In this document: one piece after another, positions 36,342 through 46,664 of the stretch
How the letters are laid out: each line of letters begins with the position of its first letter
How positions within the stretch are numbered: the stretch's first letter is position 1
IMG/VR virus record: IMGVR_UViG_3300019371_000265
Coordinates: 32,001-96,000 of that record
Source of the DNA: a virus
Taxonomy: Duplodnaviria; Caudoviricetes
Strand: one strand, 5' to 3'
DNA: 64,000 bases
Program-made: the position numbers and the translations under genes
Notes under the pieces: model-generated
The model's input: only the letters and a program-made list of their open reading frames with translations
What the model was told of the DNA's origin: nothing
The model's database searches: none

Positions 36342-39335
36342 ATGAACAATATAAATAGAGATGTTCGTTCAAAATACTCTACATATGGGAACGGGAAATC
36401 CATAATTGAAATTTTGAACATAGGATTTGAGCCACTATTAACAAAAAGGGAATACAGGATATACAAAGAAATCGGTGAGATTAAGTATAGAATCAATCCA
36501 TATAAAAAATCGCTTGCATTTATTGAATCAAAATTAGAAGATCCAAGTAACTCAAGTTATTATAATAAATGGCTTGAAGGATGGATTCCAGCATTAAAAG
36601 GCAAACTTAAAATTCTAAAAGACATTGAAAAGAAAAAAGATGATCAATTCAGAACTTTGCTTGCCAAAAACATTAACAAATGCCGCACATTATATACAAA
36701 GAGAGAATTCAAAAACGAGGATCAATTTCGTAATATCAAGATTTTTGAAAGTGACTTAACACGGTGTTTTGGTTGTAAAGACATAGAGCACAGCGATGAT
36801 ATTATAAGTGTGGTTACATACTATACTGAAATTTTTGATTCAATTATACATAATGGATTTTATTACAAGGGTAAAAAGTTCGTATTCTTCACAGCTGGAG
36901 CAGGACAGACACGTTGTAAAAAAAGCACATTCGTTTCAGAAGACAAACTAAACGAAAACTTTAACCGTCTTTTCTGTGGACTCACCAGAGAAGAAATAAA
37001 CAGACAAGGGGGTATGAATACAAATAAATACTTGGCATACACCAGTCTGTGTCAAACTAATAGTGAGATTTGGTCAGATTTCAATATTGATAGAGCAATT
37101 GTTGTTGATGATATAGAATATCAGGTTCCAGATCAGCAAGTTAGATATATTTATACTGAAAGTCCAGAAGACAAAGAAAAAGTAAGATTGCTACAAGACA
37201 AAATTGACGACATAGACAATAGGCTAAGTCTGATAAGAGAAAATAGAAAATCTCGCCCAAGGGGGTGTAGACGTAAGAAAGACGAGATTTTGTTGGAGAA
37301 ACAAGAGGTATGTCAAAATACAAATCAGAAAGTGTTTTTGATTGGTGAGATAAACAAGATAAAGTCAAAATATCACAAGTCTGAGATTAAAAATATGCCA
37401 ATCACCATTCCATTTACCGATGGATTTGGCATTTCTCTTAAAAAAACGGATTCATCAATGATAAGGTTGCCATTTATCAAAGGATTAATTGCTTACTGTC
37501 CTCGCAGAGTATTTATGAATTGGTGTTCAGAAAATAATATTCCAATACACCAAATTGTAGATATTTATGGTAAAAAGCATTCGATAACTGATGTGGATTA
37601 TATTCTAACTAAATCACAATTTAAGATGTGGAAGTATTATAACAACATAGAAGATGTTGATGGCAATGTGATTCAAACTGGATGGGAGGTTTACAAGGAG
37701 AATTTCAAAAAATATAAATGTGATGCTTGTCGTTGCAACGTAGAAAGACATGTGAAATTAAACGCCAAGACAAATTATCAAACGCTACTTACTCTCACCA
37801 CAGAAATGACTGATGATGATATTCTTGAATTATCAAAATATGATATAACTAACTTAAACAGCATTGGTCGTAATGTGAACTCAATGTTAAATGTACTGGG
37901 AGCCGACGAAAAGAAAAATGACAATCTCACATGGTTGCAGAAATCATTGATTATTTATCCTGAGATGTTAAAGGATTTTTATGTTAGAACTCTATTGAAA
38001 AACACCAAAGATAGTATGATCAAAAAAATGAGAAGCGGAAAATTTAATATAAATGGTGCCTATACATTCGCTATACCAGACACATTAGCATGCTTGCAGT
38101 GGTGGTTTACTGATACGGACAAATCGAATTTAGATAATTTTGGTTTTGTAAAAGAAGGTAACGTTTCTTGTGGATTATTTGATGACGAGGAAGAAGTTGA
38201 CTGTCTCAGATCACCACATCTTGACCACGCCCACTGTATTAGAAAAAATCAAACTGATGAAAATTCTAAAAAGTGGATTAAGTCATCTGGCGTATATATC
38301 GCTATGAAAGATATAATGAGCAAACTTCTTATGTACGATAATGACGGAGACAAATTGCTCTTACATAATAACAAAACTATAATCAATTGTGCTAAATCGT
38401 TCCAAAAAAAATACGGTATGATCCCAAACTATTATGATATGCCAAAGGCCAATCCACAATTATTAACGAATAATTCTTTATTTGAAGGTATTGTTATGGC
38501 TTATCATCATGGCAATATTGGAACCCCCAGTAATGAAATAACAAAAGTTTTTATGACTTTAAATCCTAATAGTACAAGAGATGAAATTATGGAAGCTATC
38601 GATGTTGTTGCGCTGCGGTGCGCGGATGTGAACTATACAATTGACTTCGCAAAGACCTTATACAAACCAACTATTCCAGACGATGTAATTGCAAGATATA
38701 AAAAATATAGTGGCAGGAAAGTACCTCATTTTTTTATTCATGCGAAGAATAAAAAAGCAGATCAAGTTGAAAAAATTGGAGAATGCAATATTGATAGAAT
38801 TTCAAATGTCGTAAAAAGTAATCGGATTGTTTTCAAGGATTTACTAGGATCTTATTCTTATAAAATGCTCACAAGTGATCCAGAAAATGTTGTTGATATT
38901 AACGAAGGTAAAGCGGTTGAAATCTTAAATTTATATAATGAACTAAACGGCGTTAATATTAGGAAATTGTCGCATTTAGATGTGGATTCTATGGAGATTG
39001 ATGAAAAGAAAAAAACTCAGCTTAACTTGGAATATGATTCAAAGAAACAAAGAGATTTATTTTTAGAAATAGTAAACGAGTCGGTAGAATACATAACAGA
39101 TGTGCTTGTCAAAGGGTTACAAAATGATGTAAATAAAGACACGCTGTGGAGATTATTTGGAGACGTTATTTATAGTAATCTGGAAAGGAATTTAAAGGGT
39201 ACAAAAATATGCTGTAAATGCAATAATAGATTTAATTCCAATAATAATAAAATGAAATATTGTATGAACTGTGCATATGAAAATCAATTGAATTTAACAA
39301 AGAAATATAAAGAAAAGATCAAATCTTGCATCTAA
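36342..39335 (+). CDS. yonO: YonO-like single-subunit DNA-dependent RNA polymerase
   Basis: YDNDGD catalytic motif, TAGAGQTR, TDGFG, RLPFIKG, LRSPH; C-terminal CxxC..CxxC. Confidence 0.88.
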   Translation: MNNINRDVRSKYSTYGNGKSIIEILNIGFEPLLTKREYRIYKEIGEIKYRINPYKKSLAFIESKLEDPSNSSYYNKWLEGWIPALKGKLKILKDIEKKKDDQFRTLLAKNINKCRTLYTKREFKNEDQFRNIKIFESDLTRCFGCKDIEHSDDIISVVTYYTEIFDSIIHNGFYYKGKKFVFFTAGAGQTRCKKSTFVSEDKLNENFNRLFCGLTREEINRQGGMNTNKYLAYTSLCQTNSEIWSDFNIDRAIVVDDIEYQVPDQQVRYIYTESPEDKEKVRLLQDKIDDIDNRLSLIRENRKSRPRGCRRKKDEILLEKQEVCQNTNQKVFLIGEINKIKSKYHKSEIKNMPITIPFTDGFGISLKKTDSSMIRLPFIKGLIAYCPRRVFMNWCSENNIPIHQIVDIYGKKHSITDVDYILTKSQFKMWKYYNNIEDVDGNVIQTGWEVYKENFKKYKCDACRCNVERHVKLNAKTNYQTLLTLTTEMTDDDILELSKYDITNLNSIGRNVNSMLNVLGADEKKNDNLTWLQKSLIIYPEMLKDFYVRTLLKNTKDSMIKKMRSGKFNINGAYTFAIPDTLACLQWWFTDTDKSNLDNFGFVKEGNVSCGLFDDEEEVDCLRSPHLDHAHCIRKNQTDENSKKWIKSSGVYIAMKDIMSKLLMYDNDGDKLLLHNNKTIINCAKSFQKKYGMIPNYYDMPKANPQLLTNNSLFEGIVMAYHHGNIGTPSNEITKVFMTLNPNSTRDEIMEAIDVVALRCADVNYTIDFAKTLYKPTIPDDVIARYKKYSGRKVPHFFIHAKNKKADQVEKIGECNIDRISNVVKSNRIVFKDLLGSYSYKMLTSDPENVVDINEGKAVEILNLYNELNGVNIRKLSHLDVDSMEIDEKKKTQLNLEYDSKKQRDLFLEIVNESVEYITDVLVKGLQNDVNKDTLWRLFGDVIYSNLERNLKGTKICCKCNNRFNSNNNKMKYCMNCAYENQLNLTKKYKEKIKSCI

Positions 39336-39660
39336 ATGTTCTATTTATATCCATATTATTTGCAAAATAATAATAAAACCTAGTAAAATCAAGGGTTTAA
39401 GAGGTTTTTTATCATTCTCTTAAAATTGAGATAATTACATAAAGGGGGAGTGTAAAAATGTAATTAAAATGTCAGAACGTGGTTGCATTCCCCTCTCTAC
39501 ACAAAAGATATCTTATACTTCATTCTTCATATGCTCTGCGCTTGGCTTTATATTCTGAGTTGAGCGCAGACGCTCTCCTTAGTCGGCAGAATTGTCGGCT
39601 ATTTTTAATTAAACTACTCTCCCATCGGGAGAAATATAAAATGAAAGCGAGTGAATTCTT

Positions 39661-39837
39661 CTGAAATCAATTTCTAAAACAGACGTAGAAAAACTTATTA
39701 AAAATGGTTATTTGAGAAACACATGTAATGGCTATATGAATCGTAAAGGTGAGCCGGTAGGTGTTTATCGTACTAAATCAAGTGCAAAGCGTAGATATAT
39801 TGAGGATTGGTATGCTGATAAGGCAAAGACCTTGTAA
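39661..39837 (+). CDS. 58-aa hypothetical protein, CTG start (not in track)
   Basis: Open frame (L)KSISKTDVEKL...KAKTL. Confidence 0.45.
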   Translation: MKSISKTDVEKLIKNGYLRNTCNGYMNRKGEPVGVYRTKSSAKRRYIEDWYADKAKTL

Positions 39838-39855
39838 TACTATATTTCAGGAAAG

Positions 39856-41298
39856 GTGGTTTTGACCATCGCAAAGAAAAAAGACAAAATTACGGTATCA
39901 TTTGTTGATGAACCTGCCAGTGAAGACGTAACGGGTAGCTGTGTTTATGTTGAAACTCCAAATCATAAGTTATTGTTGGATTTTGGTTTACATCAGTCAA
40001 ATTGTAAATATGATGATTTCTTAGTAAACAATAGAAAACCTGCGAAATTCAAAGCAAAAGATATTGATTTGGTGTTTATATCACATTTGCACGGCGATCA
40101 CTGTCTCGCGGTTCCAAAGTTATACAGAGATGGATTTAGAGGAGCTACGGTGCTTCCCATGAACTCTAAAAGCGTATTTAAGACTATGGAAAGTGATTCG
40201 GCATATATTGCAGAACGGGATATAGTCGTTATAAACACTCAAAATAATAAAAATTATAGTCCACTTTATGATATATCAGACGTAAATACAATGCTTGAAT
40301 ACACGATTGAACGACCAATTAATAAGAAAATCATGATAGATGACGAATTATCATTCATGTTTGTTCCAAGCGGTCATTTGCTTAATAGCTGCCAGATTGT
40401 TTTATATATTACGGTTGATGGATTAACCAAAACAATCGTATATACGGGTGATATCGGAAATAAAAACATAGATAATTATTTTGTTGGAAAGTTTGAATCA
40501 GTGCCATCATGCGATTTACTAATTGGTGAATCTACATACGGCGATAGACCTGACTTAAAAACTGGCAAAAAAGAACGTGAAAATGATTTAAATAAGTTGA
40601 AGTCAATCATTGATACTCAGATTAAAGAAATGAACGGGCGTGTACTCATTCCTTCATTTGCTCAATCTAGGATTCAACAGTTAGCATTAATGGTATATGA
40701 ACTTTACAAAGATGAGCCATGGCAGCCAAAGGTATACATTGATTCTCCTCTTGCAATTTCAATATTTAAAGATTATGCGGAAATATTGGAAGGTGAGGAC
40801 AAGAAGAAATTCGATGAAATGCTTAAATGGGATAATTTAGTGTTCGTAAAAGAACCAGAATCCAGTAAAGCACTGGTATCTTCCCCTGAACCTTGCTGCA
40901 TCATGAGCACAGCGGGAATGTGCCAGGTTGGAAGGGTACGTCATCATTTAAAGGCTTTAGTTGGAAATCCTAACGCTACTATCCTGTTCGTTGGATTTAG
41001 TACTGAAGGTAGTCTTGCGAGCATGTTAAAGGATAATAAGAGAAAAACAATCACCATCGACACGAAAGAATATAATTGTAGATGCAGTTCTTATAGTTTA
41101 AAAAGCATGTCTGGTCATGCTCCATTTGACCAATTAGTGAATATTTATTCATCTGTGAATTGTAATAAGATTGTGCTGCATCATGGAAGTAAACAAGCAA
41201 AAGAGACGTTGGCTACTGCATTGAAAAAAGAATTAGAAAATAAATGCAAATCTACAAGAGTAGTCGTTGCTAATTCAAGTTTGAAATTCTCATTATAA
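39856..41298 (+). CDS. MBL-fold beta-CASP nuclease
   Basis: TGSC, DFG, SHLHGDH, GH, YTGD, ESTYG, SGHA. Confidence 0.9.
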   Translation: MVLTIAKKKDKITVSFVDEPASEDVTGSCVYVETPNHKLLLDFGLHQSNCKYDDFLVNNRKPAKFKAKDIDLVFISHLHGDHCLAVPKLYRDGFRGATVLPMNSKSVFKTMESDSAYIAERDIVVINTQNNKNYSPLYDISDVNTMLEYTIERPINKKIMIDDELSFMFVPSGHLLNSCQIVLYITVDGLTKTIVYTGDIGNKNIDNYFVGKFESVPSCDLLIGESTYGDRPDLKTGKKERENDLNKLKSIIDTQIKEMNGRVLIPSFAQSRIQQLALMVYELYKDEPWQPKVYIDSPLAISIFKDYAEILEGEDKKKFDEMLKWDNLVFVKEPESSKALVSSPEPCCIMSTAGMCQVGRVRHHLKALVGNPNATILFVGFSTEGSLASMLKDNKRKTITIDTKEYNCRCSSYSLKSMSGHAPFDQLVNIYSSVNCNKIVLHHGSKQAKETLATALKKELENKCKSTRVVVANSSLKFSL

Positions 41299-41325
41299 AA
41301 TAAACTACAGGAAGAAGGTTTTATT

Positions 41326-41940
41326 ATAGACGAATTATTATTAACACTCCCAGCAAACTTAGAAAACATGCAGTTACCATCTCCAGAAATGGTGAATTAT
41401 TGGAGATTAGCTGAAAATCGCACATTTTATATTGATTACGAGATTGATGAAGGTGTATTAGAAGTTCAGAGATCTATTATAAATATCAATCGTGAAGATA
41501 AAGGTAAACCAATTGAAGAAAGAATTCCGATTAAAATTTTTATTCAGTCTCCTGGCGGTTGTTTATATAGCACATATAGCTTAGCTGATACAATGCTTGC
41601 GTCCACTACTCCAATTGTTACCGTAAATATGGGGATTGCGCTTTCCGGTGGATTTCTGTTATTTCTTGCGGGTACTCACAGATATTGCCTCTCTCGTTCT
41701 CAGGCTATGTTACATACCGGGTCTACTGGTGTTCAGGGAACGTTTGAGCAGGTAGAGGAATCACAGAAGACATACCGCAAACAAATTCAACAGATGTGTG
41801 ACTATGTATTATCACGTACAAAAATTGATCAGAAAACTTTCAACAAGAATAAGAGTAAAGATTGGTACTTTGATGCAGATGAGCAGGTTGAATATGGAAT
41901 TGCTCATAGTATTCTCAAAAGTATTGATGAAATCATTTAA
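41326..41940 (+). CDS. clpP: ClpP protease subunit (probable ATA start; first ATG 41368)
   Basis: QSPGG, ALSGG (Ser), MLH (His), DWY (Asp). Confidence 0.88.
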   Translation: MDELLLTLPANLENMQLPSPEMVNYWRLAENRTFYIDYEIDEGVLEVQRSIININREDKGKPIEERIPIKIFIQSPGGCLYSTYSLADTMLASTTPIVTVNMGIALSGGFLLFLAGTHRYCLSRSQAMLHTGSTGVQGTFEQVEESQKTYRKQIQQMCDYVLSRTKIDQKTFNKNKSKDWYFDADEQVEYGIAHSILKSIDEII

Positions 41941-42057
41941 TTTTTTATACCGATTTTTTCGCCTATTCTCACATATATAACACTAACATACATTTTGTAA
42001 ATAGTATATGGTAATGTTTCACAAAAAATACAATGAACAATTGGAGGATTTATATAA

Positions 42058-42219
42058 ATGATTGAGAACCACATTTGTAAAAACTGTAATCATCACTCTG
42101 TCTGTAAGAATAATACGGTACTCGTAAACTTTGATTCAGATTCAAAGAAATTTATCGGAGTAGATATTACTATTAAAAATTGCGATGCCTACTCTCCTAT
42201 TGAAGAAAATGAAGAATAA
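42058..42219 (+). CDS. 53-aa Cys-rich protein (not in track)
   Basis: GGAGG RBS; CxxCxHxxVC. Confidence 0.55.
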   Translation: MIENHICKNCNHHSVCKNNTVLVNFDSDSKKFIGVDITIKNCDAYSPIEENEE

Positions 42220-42232
42220 GGTGGTGTGAACG

Positions 42233-43207
42233 ATAGAGACTATTAGATTAAATAATGAAACAGATTTTGAATATAAGTTGCGATTATGCAAGATGAAATT
42301 AAATAGAGAGATTGATTTGGATTGGCAGGAAATTGTTGATGTTCTGAATTTAGGCGTATCGGCAGATCACCTCAGAAAAACCGCTTATGGACTACTGGAA
42401 TACGATGAATATATTCATGGATTTGAAGGGGTGGCTACTACCATTCTATCAATTTCTGATTTACATGTCCCGTTCCAATTACCAATAACTACATTTTCTG
42501 ATTATGCAGGTAAAGTGGATATATTGCAGATAAACGGAGACGTGGTGGATTGCCAAGCTCTTTCGAAGTTCCCAAAGCAGTATCGTATTTCGCCAAAAGA
42601 AGAAATAATTACGGCAAGACAATATTTAATTGATCTTTTTGAGTATATAAATCCTAAAAAGGTTGTTATAAATTGGGGAAATCATGACAAGAGATTTGCA
42701 AATTATCTTGCCAAGAATTTAGATACAGATATGTTGGAACTTTTACCAGATACATCACTTGATCTCATTATTGATGATGGAATTAGACATTATAATAAGG
42801 TTTCAAAATCAAAAGTTTTTTATGAGCCATTGAAAAATGTATTCAAGGACACTATTGATATTGAATTCGTAGATGATTGGAAGTCTAAAATCGGAAAGAC
42901 GTGGTTTGTGCATCCTCTTGCATATAAGAGTGGAACACTCGCTACAGCTGAACAGGCTAAGAATTATCTACAGGATACATATAAAGAATCTTTCGATACG
43001 GTAGTTATGGCTCATACACACGCAATAGGAGACACGAAGAAAGGCTTTATTAGATTGTTTGAACAAGGTGCATGTTGCGATGTGACAAAACTTAATTACA
43101 TGGACGGACGGCTCTCGAAGCCACAAAAAGAAGGATTCTGTATTATCTGCCAGGATAATGATGGAAATTTAATTGAAGGCAAATCAAAAGTTGTAACGCT
43201 AAATTAA
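42233..43207 (+). CDS. Calcineurin-like metallophosphoesterase (probable ATA start)
   Basis: SDLH, NGDVVD, GNHD, AHTH. Confidence 0.88.
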   Translation: METIRLNNETDFEYKLRLCKMKLNREIDLDWQEIVDVLNLGVSADHLRKTAYGLLEYDEYIHGFEGVATTILSISDLHVPFQLPITTFSDYAGKVDILQINGDVVDCQALSKFPKQYRISPKEEIITARQYLIDLFEYINPKKVVINWGNHDKRFANYLAKNLDTDMLELLPDTSLDLIIDDGIRHYNKVSKSKVFYEPLKNVFKDTIDIEFVDDWKSKIGKTWFVHPLAYKSGTLATAEQAKNYLQDTYKESFDTVVMAHTHAIGDTKKGFIRLFEQGACCDVTKLNYMDGRLSKPQKEGFCIICQDNDGNLIEGKSKVVTLN

Positions 43208-43230
43208 TCACACCAAAGGAGGTATTAAGT

Positions 43231-43455
43231 ATGTACAGGATTTTAGACTTAGCCGACAAACGTGATAACTACGCTAGTCTCTACAAATATATGATAAAGA
43301 CCAATGAAGCGAATCAGGTTTTACCTGTTGAGTTTGCAACCGATACAGAACTTGATACTTTCGTTGATGACTTGTTAAATAATAAGGGTTACGCAAAATC
43401 AGATTTCATGATTATCACAATCAAAGATTACGGAGTGAGTGCTGATATCGTCTAG
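43231..43455 (+). CDS. Hypothetical protein
   Basis: AGGAGG RBS. Confidence 0.7.
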   Translation: MYRILDLADKRDNYASLYKYMIKTNEANQVLPVEFATDTELDTFVDDLLNNKGYAKSDFMIITIKDYGVSADIV

Positions 43456-43518
43456 TATATATCTGACTACTACTCTTCTATTAAAAAAAATAAAAGGATA
43501 AAAGGAGATTTACATAAT

Positions 43519-43800
43519 ATGAACAAACCACAGGTTTTAGAAGAAATTGTATTAAAAACAGGCGAGAGTAAGAAAGCTTCAGATGCAGTTATTTCTGCGC
43601 TTTTCGAAGTAATTTCAGAAACACTCGCAAAAGGTGAAGATGTACAGTTTGTTGGATTTGGCACATTTAAGGCATCAGAAGTGGGCGAAAAGGTTGGAAC
43701 TATTCAGTTTGGCCAAAAAGCCGGACAGTCTTATACTACTCCTGCACATAAAAAAGTTTCATTTAAAGTGGGCAGCAAGTTAAAAGAGGCGGTGAAGTAG
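43519..43800 (+). CDS. hup: HU-family DNA-binding protein
   Basis: MNK...VQFVGFGTF...PAHKKVSFKVGSKLKEAVK. Confidence 0.92.
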   Translation: MNKPQVLEEIVLKTGESKKASDAVISALFEVISETLAKGEDVQFVGFGTFKASEVGEKVGTIQFGQKAGQSYTTPAHKKVSFKVGSKLKEAVK

Positions 43801-44061
43801 CGTGTATGATGAAATTATAAAGTCGGTTGATTTGTCGTCCGATGAGATTGAGTTATTAATTACTCTGCTCGAACCGGAGATTGATAATTGTATTTCGGTT
43901 GGCGCGGAATTAACAGTTAGAGGATTATTAGATAAGTTGATTTAATTTAGAGGAGCAGATGTCACAGTCTGCTCTTTTATTATGCCATTTTGGCGACAGA
44001 GAAAACTGGTAGATGGATGAGAAGATTCTGCTATTGCAATGAACGAAAGGAAGTGATTTAT

Positions 44062-45105
44062 ATGGCTGCAAGAGAAACATATTTTAAGAAAATTACAAGT
44101 CCAGAATTAATAGAAAAAATCAATCCAGTAAACAAGAAGTTTGTTGATAAATATTTACGCAACTTTGCAACTAAGCGTTCTCCTAGAAGCGTAAAGGCAT
44201 ATAAATCAAACTTCAATATATTCTTCTGCTGGAATATTCTTTATAACGATAACGCTGATTTTACTGATGTGAGAAAAATGGAAATGCAGGATTTCTTTGA
44301 TTTTGGACTAACTGAGTTAAAATGGAGTCCAAATAGATATGCACAAGTACATAGTAGTTTGTCTGAGCTTTCGAAATTTATTGAGAAATTCTACGATGAA
44401 CAGTATCCGACATATAGGAACTTGATGATTTATATTGAGAAATTACCAAAGAAGGCTGTACGTAAAAAGTCAGTGTTTAAGAAAGAAGAACTGGATCATT
44501 TGATGGAATGTTTAGAAGGAAGACCTAACGAACAGTGTCTTTTGGCTTTAATTATGAGTTCTGGAACAAGAATTAGTGAACTTGTACGATTTACTACAGA
44601 CTTAATTGACTATGACAATATTGCTTTTGACGGATTGTTCTTGGAAACTACAGAAGAAATCCAAGTTAAAGGTCATGGAGTTGATGGAAATCATATAAAG
44701 AGATATTTGATAAAAGACTTATTTGTTCCGTGGTATGAGCAATATTTGCCAGTTAGAAAAGAAATTATGGATAAAAATGGGGAAGAGCATAACTATATTT
44801 TCGTAAAAAGAGATGGAAAGCCCGCTACGGTTCATACAATAAGCGCATGGATGGAAAAATGGGACAATTATTTATCTCAGCATTGGTATGCTCATGCAGG
44901 AAGACATTTCTGGTGCAGTTACCTTATTGGTATTGGCTTAGAAAAACAGTTGGTGCAAGAACTTCAGTCATGGTCTAGCGATTCTCTCGTAGATCTATAC
45001 AATGACAACACCGCCAAAGATGTAAAATGGAAAGGTCTTGAAAAATTAAAAGTACAATTGGAAAAAGAAAAACAATCTCTGATTGAAGAAACTGACTCCG
45101 ATTAA
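44062..45105 (+). CDS. Tyrosine recombinase (second; catalytic set intact)
   Basis: SSGTRISE, VKG, HAGRH, W...LY; RBS before MAARE. Confidence 0.85.
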   Translation: MAARETYFKKITSPELIEKINPVNKKFVDKYLRNFATKRSPRSVKAYKSNFNIFFCWNILYNDNADFTDVRKMEMQDFFDFGLTELKWSPNRYAQVHSSLSELSKFIEKFYDEQYPTYRNLMIYIEKLPKKAVRKKSVFKKEELDHLMECLEGRPNEQCLLALIMSSGTRISELVRFTTDLIDYDNIAFDGLFLETTEEIQVKGHGVDGNHIKRYLIKDLFVPWYEQYLPVRKEIMDKNGEEHNYIFVKRDGKPATVHTISAWMEKWDNYLSQHWYAHAGRHFWCSYLIGIGLEKQLVQELQSWSSDSLVDLYNDNTAKDVKWKGLEKLKVQLEKEKQSLIEETDSD

Positions 45106-45119
45106 CAAGAAGATTCCTA

Positions 45120-45137
45120 ATCAATCTACTGTTTTAC
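45120..45137. repeat. Isolated copy of the 18-bp cassette-boundary site, inverted relative to left-arm copies
   Basis: atcaa-tctactgt-tttac followed by ag (reverse complement ctgtaaaa...). Confidence 0.55.
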
Positions 45138-45171
45138 AGACAAAATAAAGAGGAGAATATTTCATCTCCTC

Positions 45172-45594
45172 TTACTCTTCCCACTCTACTTTTACATCGA
45201 TCTCAATATTACAAAGTTCTAACATAATAAATATCATTGTTCTAGTAAATAAAACGCTTCCTAAAATAATCCACATTAAATCGCCTGTTAACAGGACAGT
45301 ATGTTTTGGTTCGCTAAGATAAAATCCGAGAAATATAATTCCAATACATATAAGCATCTTGGTAATTCTTGTAGATTGCCTTTTATGATCTTTGGTAAGA
45401 TCTTTATATTTCCCTGTTTTTATGTTTTCGAAAACTATGGTGGATATTATAAGCAAAGTAATAACTATGCATATCACACCGTAGGTTAAATTTGTTTGTG
45501 CTTTATGGCTTAATAATCCAATCGCGATAATGCCTACACTTCTCGGTATATTGGTAATTAATTCCTTTTGCACGAGTGTTAGTTTTTTATTCAA
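45172..45594 (-). CDS. 4-TM membrane protein (moron)
   Basis: Hydrophobic segments; similar to 45905-46327. Confidence 0.7.
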   Translation of the reverse strand: MNKKLTLVQKELITNIPRSVGIIAIGLLSHKAQTNLTYGVICIVITLLIISTIVFENIKTGKYKDLTKDHKRQSTRITKMLICIGIIFLGFYLSEPKHTVLLTGDLMWIILGSVLFTRTMIFIMLELCNIEIDVKVEWEE

Positions 45595-45697
45595 AATACA
45601 TTAACCTCCAATATAAAGTATTCACAATATACAATACAGTATATCCATGTTGTGATCAATATATTCCATAAATTATATGTGGTAATTTAGGATAGCA

Positions 45698-45901
45698 CTA
45701 CTCATCATATCGGAACAATTCTTCCACGGCAACATTAAACACTTTTGCAATATCCATGGCAAGTTTTAATGATGGATTATATTGCCCTTTCTCCAATCTA
45801 ACAATGGTTTCTCTCCTGACATTAACCATATAAGCAAGTTCAGCCTGACTTAAATTTAGCTGTTCTCTCTTGGATTTGATTTGGGTTATTAATTTGGGCA
45901 T
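45698..45901 (-). CDS. XRE HTH regulator (moron)
   Basis: LSQAELA...RETIVRLEKGQYNPSLKLA. Confidence 0.9.
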   Translation of the reverse strand: MPKLITQIKSKREQLNLSQAELAYMVNVRRETIVRLEKGQYNPSLKLAMDIAKVFNVAVEELFRYDE

Positions 45902-45904
45902 AAT

Positions 45905-46327
45905 CTATTCCTCCGTCAGGTTGGAATTTTTGCGCTCAATCCAAACATATGCAAATGTCTGAAACAAACCAATAAAACCAGCAATAATAAGAATGGTGCT
46001 CGATGTAATTGTGATTCCGTTTCTAGTTATACCCAAAATCAAGCCAAGTACCACAATCATAAGATAAATAAGATTCATTGTAATTTTTCTTGCTTCATTA
46101 TAATACTCTTTGGTCATTTCGTCCCACGGTTCAGTTTTAACTTTTCTGAATAAAAAACTTATAGCGGTGATCACAAGTATAATCGTTCCAATTATAACTG
46201 TCCATAATTGTGGTTCCTTAACCGTACATAGTATACCCATTAATATCGTCCCACTATATGCAATGCCATCTGTAATTAATGTTTTTTGAACAATACCGTA
46301 TTTTTTGTCCATTATACCTACCTCCAA
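45905..46327 (-). CDS. 4-TM membrane protein (moron)
   Basis: Hydrophobic segments; own TTGACA-17-TATATT promoter at 46381-46353. Confidence 0.75.
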   Translation of the reverse strand: MEVGIMDKKYGIVQKTLITDGIAYSGTILMGILCTVKEPQLWTVIIGTIILVITAISFLFRKVKTEPWDEMTKEYYNEARKITMNLIYLMIVVLGLILGITRNGITITSSTILIIAGFIGLFQTFAYVWIERKNSNLTEE

Positions 46328-46590
46328 TGTGATGTATTTGTATCATGTGATAAATATATCACTGTGTTGGTAATGTGTCAATAGATAATTTAATAAATTT
46401 TCAAGTTGGAATTCGGAGACTTTAAACCTATGCCATCGGAACAGAAAATTCTAAATCAGTGTGGTACTACTTAGTGTACGATTCAAAATTTGGTGTTTCG
46501 CAGCCATTAAGTGAGAAACGTTAAATCTTTAATTAGTGAATGACTGCTGTGCGGTCAAATTAGGGAGAGTTCGATACTCTCCTATTTTAT

Positions 46591-46664
46591 TGGAATGTAG
46601 TTCAGTTTGGTGGAGCGCCTGATTTGGGATCAGGAGGTCGCAGGTTCGAATCCTGTCATTCCAA
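46591..46664 (+). tRNA. tRNA-Pro (TGG)
   Basis: Acceptor tggaatg/cattcca; cctga-ttTGGga-tcagg; T-arm gcagg-ttcgaat-cctgt. Confidence 0.95.

Noticed and set aside
46561-46586. Third tRNA
   Set aside because: Only a T-arm-like hairpin; no acceptor, D or anticodon arms could be assigned
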